55,411 nucleotides of DNA from Octopus bimaculoides (Eukaryota): positions 4,817,618 to 4,873,028 of the forward strand of contig NC_069002.1 of assembly GCF_001194135.2 (NCBI RefSeq), in the 5' to 3' direction. Below the pieces are notes generated by a model. The model was not told where the DNA came from. It did no database searches and saw only the letters and a program-made list of their open reading frames with translations. The position numbers were made by a program, and so were the translations under genes. Below, one piece after another: positions 1 through 12,920 of this stretch; position 1 is the first letter of the stretch; every line of letters begins with the position of its first letter.

Positions 1-11
1 ATATACATATA

Positions 12-89
<78 letters not shown>

Positions 90-120
90 TATATATGTAT
101 GTATATATTGTGTGTGTATG
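1..120. repeat. (AT)n/(AC)n microsatellite; others at 258-330, 810-975, 4778-4817, 6268-6314, 12850-12920, 19320-19385, 37437-37512, 49381-49425
   Basis: direct inspection. Confidence 0.95.
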
Positions 121-253
121 ATGAACTCAATTCACCACCTCTTTTAAAACAATTATATAACAATATATTTTGTTAGGTGTCTATAATAACTAGACACCTT
201 TGTGTTTTTGTGTAGATGTTTGTAATGTATATGAGAGTGTGTATGTATGTATA

Positions 254-311
<58 letters not shown>

Positions 312-419
312 CATACATACATACATACATACCATTTTGTTTTTACAATCATTTTACCATGTTATCATGGGTTAGGTGAATATATTATCGAAGCACTGTT
401 TTGCAGCCAGGTGCTCTTC

Positions 420-501
420 ATGTCACTAACACATCTTCAGAGAGTCAATGCCAGTGAACAATTTGTTGAGAAAGAAAAAAATGACAACAATGTCACTATA
501 T
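420..501 (+). CDS. Candidate first coding exon of CCDC172-like gene MSLTHLQRVNASEQFVEKEKNDNNVTI
   Basis: ATG preceded by ttttgcag acceptor; resembles recalled CCDC172 N-terminus MSLESLFQHIIFTEHQAEE; donor position unresolved (501 or 531). Confidence 0.4.
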
Positions 502-816
502 GTAGCTCATGGTTTTTTCAGAAGAGTAGAGGTGTAAACACACACACTCTATAGATAGATACATAGATCCATACTGGCATGGGTTGGACAGTTTGACAGG
601 AGTTGGCAAGCCGGAGGGTTGCACCAGGTTCCGGCCATCTGTTTTGGCATGGTTACTATGGCTAGATGCCCTTTCCAACATTAACCATTTTACAGAGTGT
701 ACTGGGTGCTTTTTAACATGGGGCCATCACAGGTGTTCCATTATGTGATGCTGGTACAGGTGCTTCTTATTGTGTACATGTATAATTCTCCCTTTTATTT
801 AAATTGTCTTGTATAT

Positions 817-883
<67 letters not shown>

Positions 884-3800
884 GAAAGATAGATAGACAC
901 ATACACACACACACACACACACTCTCTTTTTTTCTATCTCTATACATACTGTGTGTGTGTGTATATATATATAGAGAGAGAGAGAAAGGTGTGCTAGTGT
1001 ACCTGCACTACATTAATAAATTAGTCCATTCATTTTTAAAAAATAGACAAAAAACGGTAGGGAGGTCGAGAATACATAACAGCCCCTTACTCTCTGATAT
1101 TATCTTGACCCCCAGGTCACTGCTGAAAAATAAAAATAAAAATAAAAATCATAAAAGATTTCTTTTGCTATTATGTTGTAAATTATTGTTGTTATCATCA
1201 TAATCATCATCATTATTTCTTTCTTTGTTTGAAGACATAACCGAACTTCTAATTTCTGTGGCTGACAGCACGGGAACAACATCAGGGTAGCAGTTAATAC
1301 GGGTGGGCGGACTGGACTGAGAGACGTAACTGGGGTACTAACCAGAACCGTATGTTGTGTTTTGTTGTATTGGAAGGAGTTTAAAAGCTTTCAGCTTTTG
1401 TCTCTTTATGCCACAATAACTTAACTTCCTCCACCTCTGAATACCTTATAGACAAGCACACACACATACAACCACACACACACGTACGTACATAGAAGCC
1501 AACATCTACGTTGACCTTAAACTGTTGACAATGTATTTGGCATAGTCTGTACCCTCTTCCTCCTTACCCTCTTTTATGCTTCTGTAACAGGTGTCTGGCA
1601 TTTGGGTTTAAAGGAAGAAAATTTTGTTATTGTCTTCTTTTTTGTTTTTAACATTGTCAGGTGTATGTGCAATCTATGTACAGGTATACGTATGTGTGTG
1701 ATTGAAAAGAAGTTACAGAAGAAAATGTTTTCAAACATATTTTGATCTTTCAAGATTAAGTATTATATAACATTATGCTATTTTGTTTAATTTTGTTTGT
1801 TCATTCATTCATTTTACATCCAATGTATCATGCTAGCATGGCTTAGATGAATACATATTATGTTGTTGTTGTTATTGCCAGATGCCCTTCCTGTCACTAA
1901 CCTTTATCTGTTTTCTATACATCTTTGAATGTATAAGAGCTGACAGATGATTTTTTTTTTGTTTTTGACAGGGAATAAAAACAAGCTTCACCATTTGTAG
2001 TTCTGCACTTTTTCATGTAAAGCACAGAATGTAAACATTCATACAGAAACATACATACACACCTGTACATGCATGCATACATACACACACGAAATTGTGT
2101 GTGTGTGGTTGTGTGGTAAGAAGTTTACTTCCCAACCATATGGTTTTGGGTTCAGTCCCACTGCACAACTCCCTCAACAAGTGTCTTTTACTATAACCCC
2201 TGAATAATGTAGTCTTAGATAGATACAAGGGGTTGCCAAAAAGTTCCTGGCTTTAAGAGTATTGCAAAAGGCCTGGCTGGAGGCCCAACCTTCTGAGTTC
2301 TTTTACAGGGCTCAGAAAAACTGAAGGACCGCTGTCAATAAGTGTGTGAATCTGAGAAGGGAATATGTTGCATAAAATCATAATTAACTGATCCTCCTGT
2401 ATTTTCTTTTACCCCAAAGTCAGGAACTTTTCAGCACCCCTTCATAAACTGTGTCTGAATAAAAAGTATGGGATGGTCATGGTTGGAACGTTTATGATCA
2501 CATGTGGGGCTAAACAACAACACTGGATTATCTGTGTATGCATCAGGGATTCTCCTACTTGATTTAATCCAAGTTCGCTTAGGTACCATAAATTCCACTA
2601 CTTCTACTACTACCTCCTCCACTACTGGTACTATTACTACTACTACTACTGGTCTTTGTCTTAACAGAAATAGAGATGTATGAGAAGCTGATTAACGAGC
2701 AGCACCAGAAGAATTCTTTACTTGAATACAAAATATCTCAAATGGTAAGTGCTATTGTGTTTTTGAGACAGCTTCTTTGTGTGTGTGTAGTTTGAGGCCC
2801 TTTTTGTTTTAATCATTTACATTTTAACCCTTTAACTGAGAAGTTAAATTTCATGGTTATTATTCCAGAATGTTATTAAATATCTACCAAAAAAAAAATA
2901 GAATTGGTATTTTCTGCAAAACATTGCCTAAGTAAACTTGACAGATCTCAACAGGAAATTGTTTCAAATACGACATTCCTCAATAAAAAACAGATTGGTG
3001 TATTAAACTGCTTTCCTCAATTAAGGGTAATGAAATTTTGACTGGATATATCCGATTTCACACAGTAAAAGGGTGAATCTGTTTAAGTGACATGCATATT
3101 TTTGAGTCATGGTTGCTTGCTTTGCTAGAAATGCCAGCCAAATTTCACTCAAATCCTACCTTTGTGGCTTAACATTTTGACTGTGAAATTACATTTCATG
3201 ATTATTCCAATGAGGATGTTAGATTGCTACCTAAAAATTAGAATTGGTATTTTCTGCAAATCATGTTGCTTCAAAAAGCTTGATAGATCTTCATCAATAT
3301 CATTGTTTAACGTCCATTTTCCATTCTGGCTTGGATTGGATGGTTCGATATGGAGCTGGCTAGCTGGGAGCCGTCCAGAATCCAATTGTCTGTTGTGGTA
3401 TGGTTTCTACAGCTGGATGCCCTTCCTAATGCCAACCACTTAACAGTGTGCTAGGTACTTTTATATGCCACTGGCATGAGTGCATTTACACAGTGCCAGC
3501 ATTGTATCCAGCTGTAAAAATCATGCCAAAGCAGACCCTGCCAATGCTGGTGCCACATAAAAAGCACCTAGGCCACTTTAGTAAAGTAATTGGCTTTAGG
3601 AAGGACATCCAGCCATAACAACCATGCCAGAACAGACAGTGAAACCTGCTGCAGTTTTCTGGTTTGCCAGCTCCTGTCAAACAGTTCAACCCATGCCAGC
3701 ATGGAAAACAGACATTAAATGACTATAATGATGATGATGATGATTACAGCAGTGATGATGATGACAGTTGATAATTAAAAAGGATATTATGGAATGAGAT

Positions 3801-4776
3801 GAATATTAGTGTAGACCAACCAGTATGTTAGAAAAAGCAGTTTCTTGTGATTTATTGCTAATTCCTCAACCCTAACCTAATTAACAATTTCTTGTCATGT
3901 TTTATGTGTCTCTGTTTGGCATGTTCATAACCATTATTCATAATTTCTTCTTCCAGAAAGAGCAGCTGCAGGAAGAGATATTGGAGTCGAAATGCTGCCA
4001 GATTAGATCTGACACTTTGAATAAACAGAAAAGAGATCTACAAGAGAGATATGAGACCTACACAAAAATACTGGTTTGTTTATTAAACTAGCTATATAAA
4101 TTTGTGTGTGTGTGTGTGTATAAAAGTTGAATCAGGTTGAGTCTGTTTTTTGCCAAAAGGTAACTTAGCTGTTTGATTCATAGAGGTCGATAAAATATAT
4201 ACTTGGCTTCAATAGATACTGGGTCAGATCTGATTGACTAAAATCCCTCAGGAGCAGTACCGTAGCATGCCAACAGTCATATGACTGAAACCAGTAAAGG
4301 AATATATACACATATATACACACACATATATATATATATANNNNNNNNNNNNNNNNNNNNNNNNNNNNNNNNNNNNNNNNNNNNNNNNNNNNNNNNNNNN
4401 NNNNNNNNNNNNNNNNNNNNNNNNNNNNNNNNNNNNNNNNNNNNNNNNNNNNNNNNNNNNNNNNNNNNNNNNNNNNNNNNNNNNNNNNNNNNNNNNNNNN
4501 NNNNNNNNNNNNNNNNNNNNNNNNNNNNNNNNNNNNNNNNNNNNNNNNNNNNNNNNNNNNNNNNNNNNNNNNNNNNNNNNNNNNNNNNNNNNNNNNNNNN
4601 NNNNNNNNNNNNNNNNNNNNNNNNNNNNNNNNNNNNNNNNNNNNNNNNNNNNNNNNNNNNNNNNNNNNNNNNNNNNNNNNNNNNNNNNNNNNNNNNNNNN
4701 NNNNNTTTTTAAAAAAATGTCAACATCTTTATATCATATAAATAAATTATTCATATATCCATTTTCCTTCTTTCAA

Positions 4777-4820
<44 letters not shown>

Positions 4821-6266
4821 TCTGTCCAACCTATGTGAAGTGGTTGGTGTTAGGAAGGGCATCCATCCATAGAAACCACACCAGAACAAACAATGGAGCC
4901 TGATGCATCCCCTGGCCTTACCAGCTCTGGTCAAACCGTCCAACCTATGCCAGCATGAAAAATGAGCGTTAAATGATGATGATGATGATATATGCCCCCA
5001 GCATGGCCACAGTCTAATAAACGAAACATACAAAAGAAAAAAAAGACACTCTTACTCTCACAAGACGAACACCCAACCATTCCATGTAATCATTAAACAA
5101 TTTGATCTTGTGCTCTCTCGAGAGTTCTTTGTTTATATTTTCTCTCTTGTTTATATTTAACTCCTTAACTACCAAAGATAAGAAGTCTTGGATTTCAAAG
5201 AAAGACGGTCATCGGCTCCCAAAGAAATGCAGTCTTTTCTTTCTGTTGTTGCTTCTTTGTTGTTTGCATTGAATTCCTACAGATAACCAGTCTCGGACTT
5301 GGTTTCTCAGACAAAGTCGAAAGGTATTTTTATGTTCAGACTATAGGCAACCGTTTCTTTACCTTCTTGGAATCTGGTTTATGTATTTATGTCTGTGATA
5401 GTTTCACATGTGATGCGTGCAGCCAATTTCTTTACACACACACACACCATATTTGCCTTACACTAAGTCTGCTTTTTTTTCTTTGTTCCTCTCTTTCTCC
5501 TCCTACTCTCTACATAGTGTAACAAATCATATATGGCATATATATATATATATTTATATATATATATACACATACACTCCATCAAATGTAATGCTTATTT
5601 ATTCAGATTGTCCAAATTAATCACGCATTACCTCCAAAGCTTTCAGATTCCGACGATGCGATTGTATGTTTTTAGAGTGACATTGCAGAGTAGGTTTGAG
5701 AGGCCAGATCTGGCCAGTTTGAAGAAAGAAAAAAGCCAGAATATTTGGGCTGAATCTGGCCAGTTTAAATACTAAATGGTCATCATCATCATCCTTGAAT
5801 GTCCGTTTTTCATGCTGGCATGGATTGGACAGTTTGACCAGAACTGGTAAGCTGGTGAGCTGCACTAGGTTCCTGTCTGATTTGGCTGGGTTTTTACAGC
5901 TGGATGCCCTTCCTAATGCCAACCACTATGTTGGTGTGTGTGTGCTGGGTGCTTTTAACGGGGCACCAGCACAGGTTAATAGATGATAAATGTTTTTATA
6001 TTCGCACCTATGCCTTGTATCAATCAGTTTAATCTCAAAAATTCCTTAGGTCTCATTGCTGGATGTGTATGCAGCCCAAGACTAGGTTTGAGCTTGGCAC
6101 CTTTATTTCTAAAACTAAATGTGGGAATGTTCTTATTTTGTAGAACACTGATGCTTGTAGGAGTGGCATCCATGCTTGTGTAATCAGCTAATGACTCAAG
6201 CACCCAATTCAAATTGATAATAATGGAATTGGATAGTGACAAGAGTCATGGGAATCCATAAAAGCA

Positions 6267-6317
<51 letters not shown>

Positions 6318-8661
6318 GTTATATCCTAAAGCATGGGCCCCCCACTCTGTTTGCCCTAATTTGCTTTTGACAAACCTTCAGTATAGTCACTTGAACTATT
6401 TCAAACAACAGCCAAATTTTCTTCAAAGACCTTACTGTCTTAAAAGAAAAACATTAAAAACACATTGGATAATGGAATCCTAGACATATTATGTCTGAAT
6501 GAAAGATGAGAAATTTTGAAACTGGAACATCTTTTGATCAAAACCGGTTCTACTTCCTGTTTCACAGTTCACTTATTGCTCGGAGAAAAGATCTTCATTC
6601 AACTGTGAAAAAACAACTACTGAAATAACTCAACCATCCCAGCCATGCAAGCATGGAAACAGTATGCAGACAGTACTACCGGCAGAGACAGCTATCATCA
6701 TCATCATTATCATGCATCTGCTTTTCCATGCTAGCATAGATCGGAGGAGTTGCCTTAACCTGATTCCTTTTTCATACGATCATGAGTCGAACCACTAAGA
6801 CAGACTTGGGTATATAATAACTGTCTATCTATCTTTCTATCCTTCTTTCCTTTGTCTATATGTTGTATTATTGTACCACTGTATCACTCTGTATTACTGT
6901 ACGCTACACTGTACCAGTGTAACACATCACAACACTAGTTCGTACCACTATACTGTACCTGTGTCTCTCTATCACTAGAACAACACCAAACAGCAGTGGC
7001 GCCAGGAGTTTGTGGAGTTCTGTAATGAGGTGCCAATCTTCCTCAATACACATGGCCTGATGGCTTCTACCAGGAAAAATGGTAACATTGCCATCAAGAG
7101 AGAAATGGAGAAACTTCTTGAAGAAGAAAAACTCTTGAAAACCAGTAAGTTTAACATAAGACTGTTTTAAATCCATTAATTTTGTCTGTATTTCTCGTAA
7201 AATATTATGTACAAAGGGTGCTTTAAGGGCTATCACACAAGGCCTGGCTGGAGGCCCATCCTTCCAAGTTCTTTTACAGGGCTTAGAAAAACTGAAAGAC
7301 CGCTTGCAATAAGTGTGTGGATCGGGCGAGCTGGCAGAAATGTTAGCGTGCTGGGCAAAAGGCTTAGCAGTATTTCCTGTCTTTACGTTCTGAGTCAATG
7401 TAATCGACTCTCCTCCTTTCCCCCAAATTTCAGGCTTTGTTCCTGGAGTAGAAACAACTATTTTCCCTTCCTCTATTAAACTTCCCTTTTGTTTCAGTAA
7501 AGGGTTTTTTTAATTGTTAACAACAGAGGAATTAAATATTTTCTAGATAAAGCTGATCCCTATTTATGTTGAAACCCTAGTTTGTTTTAACAGAAGGTCT
7601 ACAACTGCCACTGACCAATGGACAGACTTAAAACAGAAAGTACACAGGTGTGGCAAGAAGCTTGCTTCCCAACCACATGGTTCTCAGTTCAGTCACACTG
7701 TGTGGCACCTTGGGCAAGTGTCTTCTATAGCCTTGTGAGTGGATTTGGTAGACAGAAACTGAAAGAAGCCCATCATATATATGTGTGTGTGTGTCTCCCA
7801 CCACTTCCTGACGACCAGTGACATTTAGTGTCCATTTTCCATGCTGGCATGGATTAGATGGCTTGAGAGGAACTAGCAAGGCCAGGGGCCCACACCAAGT
7901 CTCATAGTTTTTTGGCTTGGTTTCTATGGATGCTGGATGCCCTTCCTAATGCCAGCCAGGGTATTTTTTATGTGGTACTATCACCAGTGCTTTTTACATG
8001 GTACCAACAGACACAGCAATCCTTCCATGAAATATGTCCCTCTTCTAAATCTGAGATTCTTTCAATCTCCCTAAAAATCCATCACAATTTTTCTTTCTGT
8101 TTTGTAAAAGACTTCAAGAATTATGAAGATATTTCAGAGAAGTTGAAGAATTTAAATAATCAATATCAACAGCTCCAACATCAACTTGAAGAACAAGACA
8201 AAGCAGTTGATGGTAAGTTCTACCTTTTTTGCTCACAACTTGCGTCATAGATACAGGCCACATACTCCCGCACATGCATAACCACATACATTCAAAGACA
8301 CATCATTTAATGTCCAATTTTCTGTGCTTACCTTGGATCAGATGGAATTTGTTGAGGCAGATTTCTCTATAGCTGGATGCCCTTCCTGTTGCCAAGCCTC
8401 ATTCATTTCCAACCAACATCATTTGTATGATGGTGATGTACAAGGATACACACATGCATGCACTCACACACATGACAAGCTTGTTTCAGTTTCTGTCTAT
8501 CTATATAAGCATAGCTATGTGGTTAAGAAGCTTGCTTCCCAGCCATGTAGTCTTGGGTTCGGTCCCACTTGTGGAACCTTGGGCAAGTGTTTTCTACTCT
8601 AGACCTTAGCTGGCCAAGTCTTTGTGCATTGATTTGATGGGCAGATACTGAAACCAGCTTG

Positions 8662-8694
<33 letters not shown>

Positions 8695-9894
8695 TGAAGG
8701 TATACTCTTGTACTGACATATCACATGATAGTTATGAACGAGCATCGCCATCATACAAATGATGTTATTTGGAAATGGGTTGGCAACAGAAAGAAAATCT
8801 GCCTCAACAAATAAATATAAGCTTTCTTTTTCCTACACCATAATACCAAAGAAAAGATCAGCCAGTATTATACATGAGAGTTTCCATATGACAGTCTGCT
8901 ATGATATTCACCTAAAGTAGTAAACGATAAGCTAAATTGATTAATAATTGGTTATTGGGTGTTTTAATCTCTCATCAATTACAGAGCTGAAGGTGGAGAA
9001 GGAAATATACTCTGACAAGTTACAGAAGTTAACTAAAGAAAAACATGAAGTTGACTGCAAACCAAAAACTGATCCCTATTTCCTTGGGTAAGATTGTAAT
9101 TGTCATTTTTGCTGTCTCTTCTCAAACATATCAACAGGTTTGGTTTAGAGTTAATTTTAAATTTCACTTTTCTTATAATTGTAGAACCATTTAGACACAA
9201 TTTTTAACAATGATGATGATGATAATTGCATTAACCCTACTCCCCTCCCCGGTGGTCAACTGGTACTTATTTTATCAACACACAAGTCCTTCATTTCAAT
9301 GGCTGTTTTGCATAACTGTGGTTTTCAACTGGTTGATCACCTTCTCTGTTCACCTGATTTGGTCCCATCTGACTATCATCTATTCCCCAATATGTAAAAC
9401 CACTTGGCTTGAAACTAGCAGTGCCAGTAATGAAGACCTCATATCTGCTATTGATGACTTTTGGCGAACAGGATGAGAGCTTCTTCATGAATGGGATCCA
9501 AGCACTGCAGCATGGATGGAAGAAGTGTGTGGACTCCAAGGGGTGGGGACTATGGTGAAAAATAAAACGTCATTTGGTTACATTCCATGAGAGTATTTAG
9601 GATCAGCCTATGAACTTTTCAGCCAACCCTGGCATGTTTCATCTTTTAGGATTCATAAAAGAAAGTGCTTATAATGATCCTTAGAGGGTCCTATCATTAT
9701 CGTTACCATCACCTTCATCGTCATTATCATCATGTTCAATGTTGTGTTTCAGACTACATAGTGAGACTGTGAATCAGCAGAGGGAGTATGACCACTTGAG
9801 GAAACAGTGTGAGCAGAAAATCTTGCAGTTGAAGCATCTTCAACAAAAACACAGCAAAAATAAGTCAAAATTAGCTAAACCCATGTTAAAATGA
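420..9894 (+). CDS. CCDC172: Coiled-coil protein, CCDC172-like; 7 coding exons (first exon boundary uncertain)
   Basis: Exons 2668-2744, 3957-4073, 6979-7144, 8111-8212, 8985-9087 and 9753-9894 splice in frame. Heptad-rich product aligns in register with recalled human CCDC172 (SDTLNKQ/ENALEKQ; IKREMEKLLEEEKLLKT/VKIEISDLENQANMLKS; KPKTDPYFL/KPQNDTECL; N-terminal MSL). Confidence 0.7.
2226..2444 (+). mobile_element. Mariner-derived MITE (internally deleted), TA-flanked
   Basis: Imperfect TIRs caaggggttgccaaaaagttcctggcttt / aaagtcaggaacttttcagcaccccttca; carries a decayed transposase C-terminal remnant (KC..L.GEYV type); partial second copy at ~7208-7320. Confidence 0.8.
2668..2744 (+). CDS. 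CCDC172-like exon (77 nt) IEMYEKLINEQHQKNSLLEYKISQM
   Basis: ttaacag| acceptor, gtaagt donor, phase 1/0. Confidence 0.85.
3957..4073 (+). CDS. CCDC172-like exon (117 nt) KEQLQEEILESKCCQIRSDTLNKQKRDLQERYETYTKIL
   Basis: ttcttcttccag| acceptor, gtttgt donor, phase 0/0. Confidence 0.87.
6979..7144 (+). CDS. CCDC172-like exon (166 nt) NNTKQQWRQEFVEFCNEVPIFLNTHGL...EEEKLLKT
   Basis: tag| acceptor, gtaagt donor, phase 0/1. Confidence 0.88.
8111..8212 (+). CDS. CCDC172-like exon (102 nt) NFKNYEDISEKLKNLNNQYQQLQHQLEEQDKAVD
   Basis: aag| acceptor after T-rich tract, gtaagt donor, phase 1/1. Confidence 0.87.
8985..9087 (+). CDS. CCDC172-like exon (103 nt) ELKVEKEIYSDKLQKLTKEKHEVDCKPKTDPYFL
   Basis: ttacag| acceptor, gtaaga donor, phase 1/2. 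Confidence 0.87.
9290..9630 (+). mobile_element. Mariner transposase 3' relic (frameshifted) with right TIR
   Basis: Translates to ...DHLLCSPDLVPSDYHLFPNM*..NEDLISAIDDF..QDESFFMNGIQALQHGWKKCVDSKG, matching the mariner YSPDLAPSDYHLF and W.KC...GDYVEK motifs. Confidence 0.88.
9753..9894 (+). CDS. CCDC172-like last exon LHSETVNQQREYDHLRKQCEQKILQLKHLQQKHSKNKSKLAKPMLK*
   Basis: tttcag| acceptor, phase 2, coiled-coil composition, TGA 9892-9894. Confidence 0.8.
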
Positions 9895-9991
9895 ATGCGG
9901 TGCTCCAGCATGGCTGCAGTCAAATTGCTGAAACAAGTAAAAGAATATTTAATCTATTTATTCTACTTCCTCTATATCTCATATATAGCAT

Positions 9992-10027
<36 letters not shown>

Positions 10028-11119
10028 CTTTACTAAAAAGCAGCAAAACTATACCATACTTTTATTGACTTTTTGTTTCCTCCTCACATAAGCCAAAAAC
10101 AAACCCTGGAAGAGCATACCTTTAATGCAAGTCTGATGAAGTGCCACTCTAATGTCTAAGAACCACAAATATTACGTGAATTTTCATTTTGAACTTTTGC
10201 ATAAACTGACATTGAAAGCAGAGTTGGTACAGAAACAATTGTAACGAATCATTAAAGATGCCTTCAACTATTTCTTTGCCTTACTATTTGAATTATATCA
10301 GCTGTAAAAATCCTGCCGAAACAGTTACAGGCTCCTGTCAAACCGTCCCAACCATTATTAGGAATTGGATAAAAAGAAATTGCTAAAATATTTTGTCTAT
10401 TGTGGATACATAACCAATTTATTGCTCATAACACCTTACACGGATCCCAGTTTAGGACCCCGACTTTATAGTATAGATTAAGTCTGTTCAAGGGACGCAA
10501 CTGTGGTTGCTACCAAGGGAAGTAACTTACGCCTCATCAAGGGAGATAACATTGCTAGCTAACAAAAAAAAAAAAAAAATTTTGCTGAGCTGACTTTTCA
10601 AGAAAACATTTTCAACTCACTAATATTTCTTTTTAAAGTCCCAGGATTACTTTCAATGTCTGCCTGTCTCCTATTTGGGAAGCAAGCAAGCTTCTTACAA
10701 CACAGCCACGCCTATATATATATATATATATATATATACACGACAGGTATTTTTCTTGGCTCGGTAAGGAATCTGCCTTACACATAATATATATATTATA
10801 TAACTGGTCAGAAGAGATGTGAGCTGAGAGAATGGTTAGAACATTAACCTCTGATACCAACCTTCTTTATATGTCAAACCAAATAATTTCCTTGTAGTGC
10901 TGCTGAGTAAATGTAAGTTTTTATAAGATGGTGTTATTTCTGTGTGCGGACAGGATACCAAAGGACAAGAAGCTGACTGGACACAATAATAAAAGAAAAA
11001 CATTCTAAGTACATAGTTTGACCCATTCATCAATTTAGCACTTAAGATTTAACGAGATTAAATTTTTAATTTTTGTACATCTTTTTGGCATCTTGTCTGT
11101 TCAGTTTCTTGTCGTTTGG

Positions 11120-11380
11120 CCTCCCATCCGTGTACTCTTATATCTTCTGAGTGTTCAATCAATGCCAGTGTTCCTCAAGGCTCTATTCTTGATCCAACAC
11201 TATTTCTCCTCTTCACCAACCATCTTCCAGCCTCTATCTTCTTCAATTCATCAATGTTTATGCTGATGAAGCTGCTCTTTATTCTGGTTTTCCTGACAAT
11301 CTCTCCTCCTTTGAAATGGTTAGAATTTGCTGCAAATCTTGAGATGGATCTGCAGGCTATTAAGAAATGATATAATATCA
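11120..11380 (+). mobile_element. Degenerate non-LTR retrotransposon reverse transcriptase fragment (CR1/L2-like)
   Basis: SVPQGSILDPTLFLLFTNHLP followed, after a frameshift, by INVYADEAALY, matching the GVPQGS.LGP.LF...YADD RT motifs. Confidence 0.85.
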
Positions 11381-12847
11381 TAGTTGTAGCCCTTTTTTCT
11401 GGTCGCATAAGGAGTAAAAGGTAAAGACTCCCACTTCAGTCATGAAGGGGGTGTCTTTACCATGGAATTGTACCTAGAAAGTTCCCCTCCAAGGCACAAG
11501 TCCAGGCAAGGTTGTTTGTGGAAGACCAGCAGTCGTCCATGTAAGGATTACACTTGACCGAATAATCTGAATGACAAAGAACAAACAAAAATGGAATTGA
11601 ACAAACAATAAAAATAAAATACATTACAACTGACATCTTACGTGTTTTTATGAAAAGTAAAAAGAAAAAGAAAAACAACTTGTAACAAACCATGAAAAAT
11701 GAGAGAAAAAAAAAGAAATCCAATCAAAGTGTAAACCTGGGTCATTTTTAGAGAAACTTTAATGCATCATTTTGAAACAGTAGCAGAAGATTAACCTTTT
11801 TTTTTTTTTTAATATTATATTTTTTTTTGAAAACAGACTACAGAAGCTACAATCCTCAGCTGTTGGGGTATCTTTAGCTTGGTTTTTGTAGTTTTTTTTT
11901 TTTAAATTTTATTTATTGTCCTTTTTTCCTTCCTTCTTTCCTCTTCATCATCATTTTAATTTTCATCTTCCTCTTTGTCCAACACCAGTTCAATTCTCTC
12001 CGCTGGCTGGGAGATGACAACAGTTCCAGAATGTGATATATTTTATTATGTAACACCTAAAGTAACTAGCCAACCCTGCCCCTCCCCGACAAATACTACT
12101 CTCCTGCAGGTCTTGAGAACAGAGAAAGAGAAATATATTTAGAGAGAGAGAGAGAGAGCTTATTTATTGTTATAGTAGCTATTTAAGGCTTCCTTTTTTT
12201 GCACAAGAGACTTCAGGGATCAGGTGGCACCATGAAGCAGAGCAGTTTATAATCAATGAACAAGCATTTAGTACCCAACATCCCTAACTGGTTTACTCCT
12301 CGGACAGGAAAAAGGAGTAGGGGAGGGTGAGAGAAAGAGACAGACAGACACGGGAGCAAGATAAAGAGAATGAGGGGGAAAAAAAAAGCAGCAAAAGAGA
12401 TCAGGAGTGGAAAACATAAACATTGCGAGGTAGAACAAAAATGAAAACTAAGGAATTATGGGGGAGGGGGGAAACCCAGTAAAGTTGATCAAAAGCTAAT
12501 TTGAAAAACAAGTCCAGCAAAGTGAAAAGAAAAGTTTTCTCGTAAACAAGAAATGGAAATTCTCACTTTAAGGAAAAAAGAATCATGGAAAACAAAGAAA
12601 AATTGTTAAAATATGAGAAACAAAGAAAAGGATGAGAGGAGGGAAAAAAATGGGAACTGAATCAAAGACTTAGCAAAATGGATATTCTAATATAATAAGA
12701 GATTTTAAACTGCTGAAAGGCATGAGAGAAAAAAATAGAAGCCCTTTGGAATTTAATGATGTTGTGTAAAGATACTGATGTATGTTGGGTGCACACACAT
12801 AAACTGTGTGTAGGGTGACATCATTCGATAGTCGAGTTGATACAGTG

Positions 12848-12920
<73 letters not shown>

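Noticed and set aside
216-1203. ORFs of 112 and 168 aa rich in YI/HT repeats
   Set aside because: Translations of (AT)n/(AC)n microsatellites; only 420-501 has protein-like content.
2880-3290. Diverged ~90 bp direct repeat (agaattggtattttctgcaaa at ~2900 and ~3241)
   Set aside because: Most simply an old local duplication or two fragments of one repeat; no coding or structural signal.
6904-7398. 164-aa minus-strand ORF
   Set aside because: Antisense shadow of a CCDC172-like exon plus MITE and SINE sequence.
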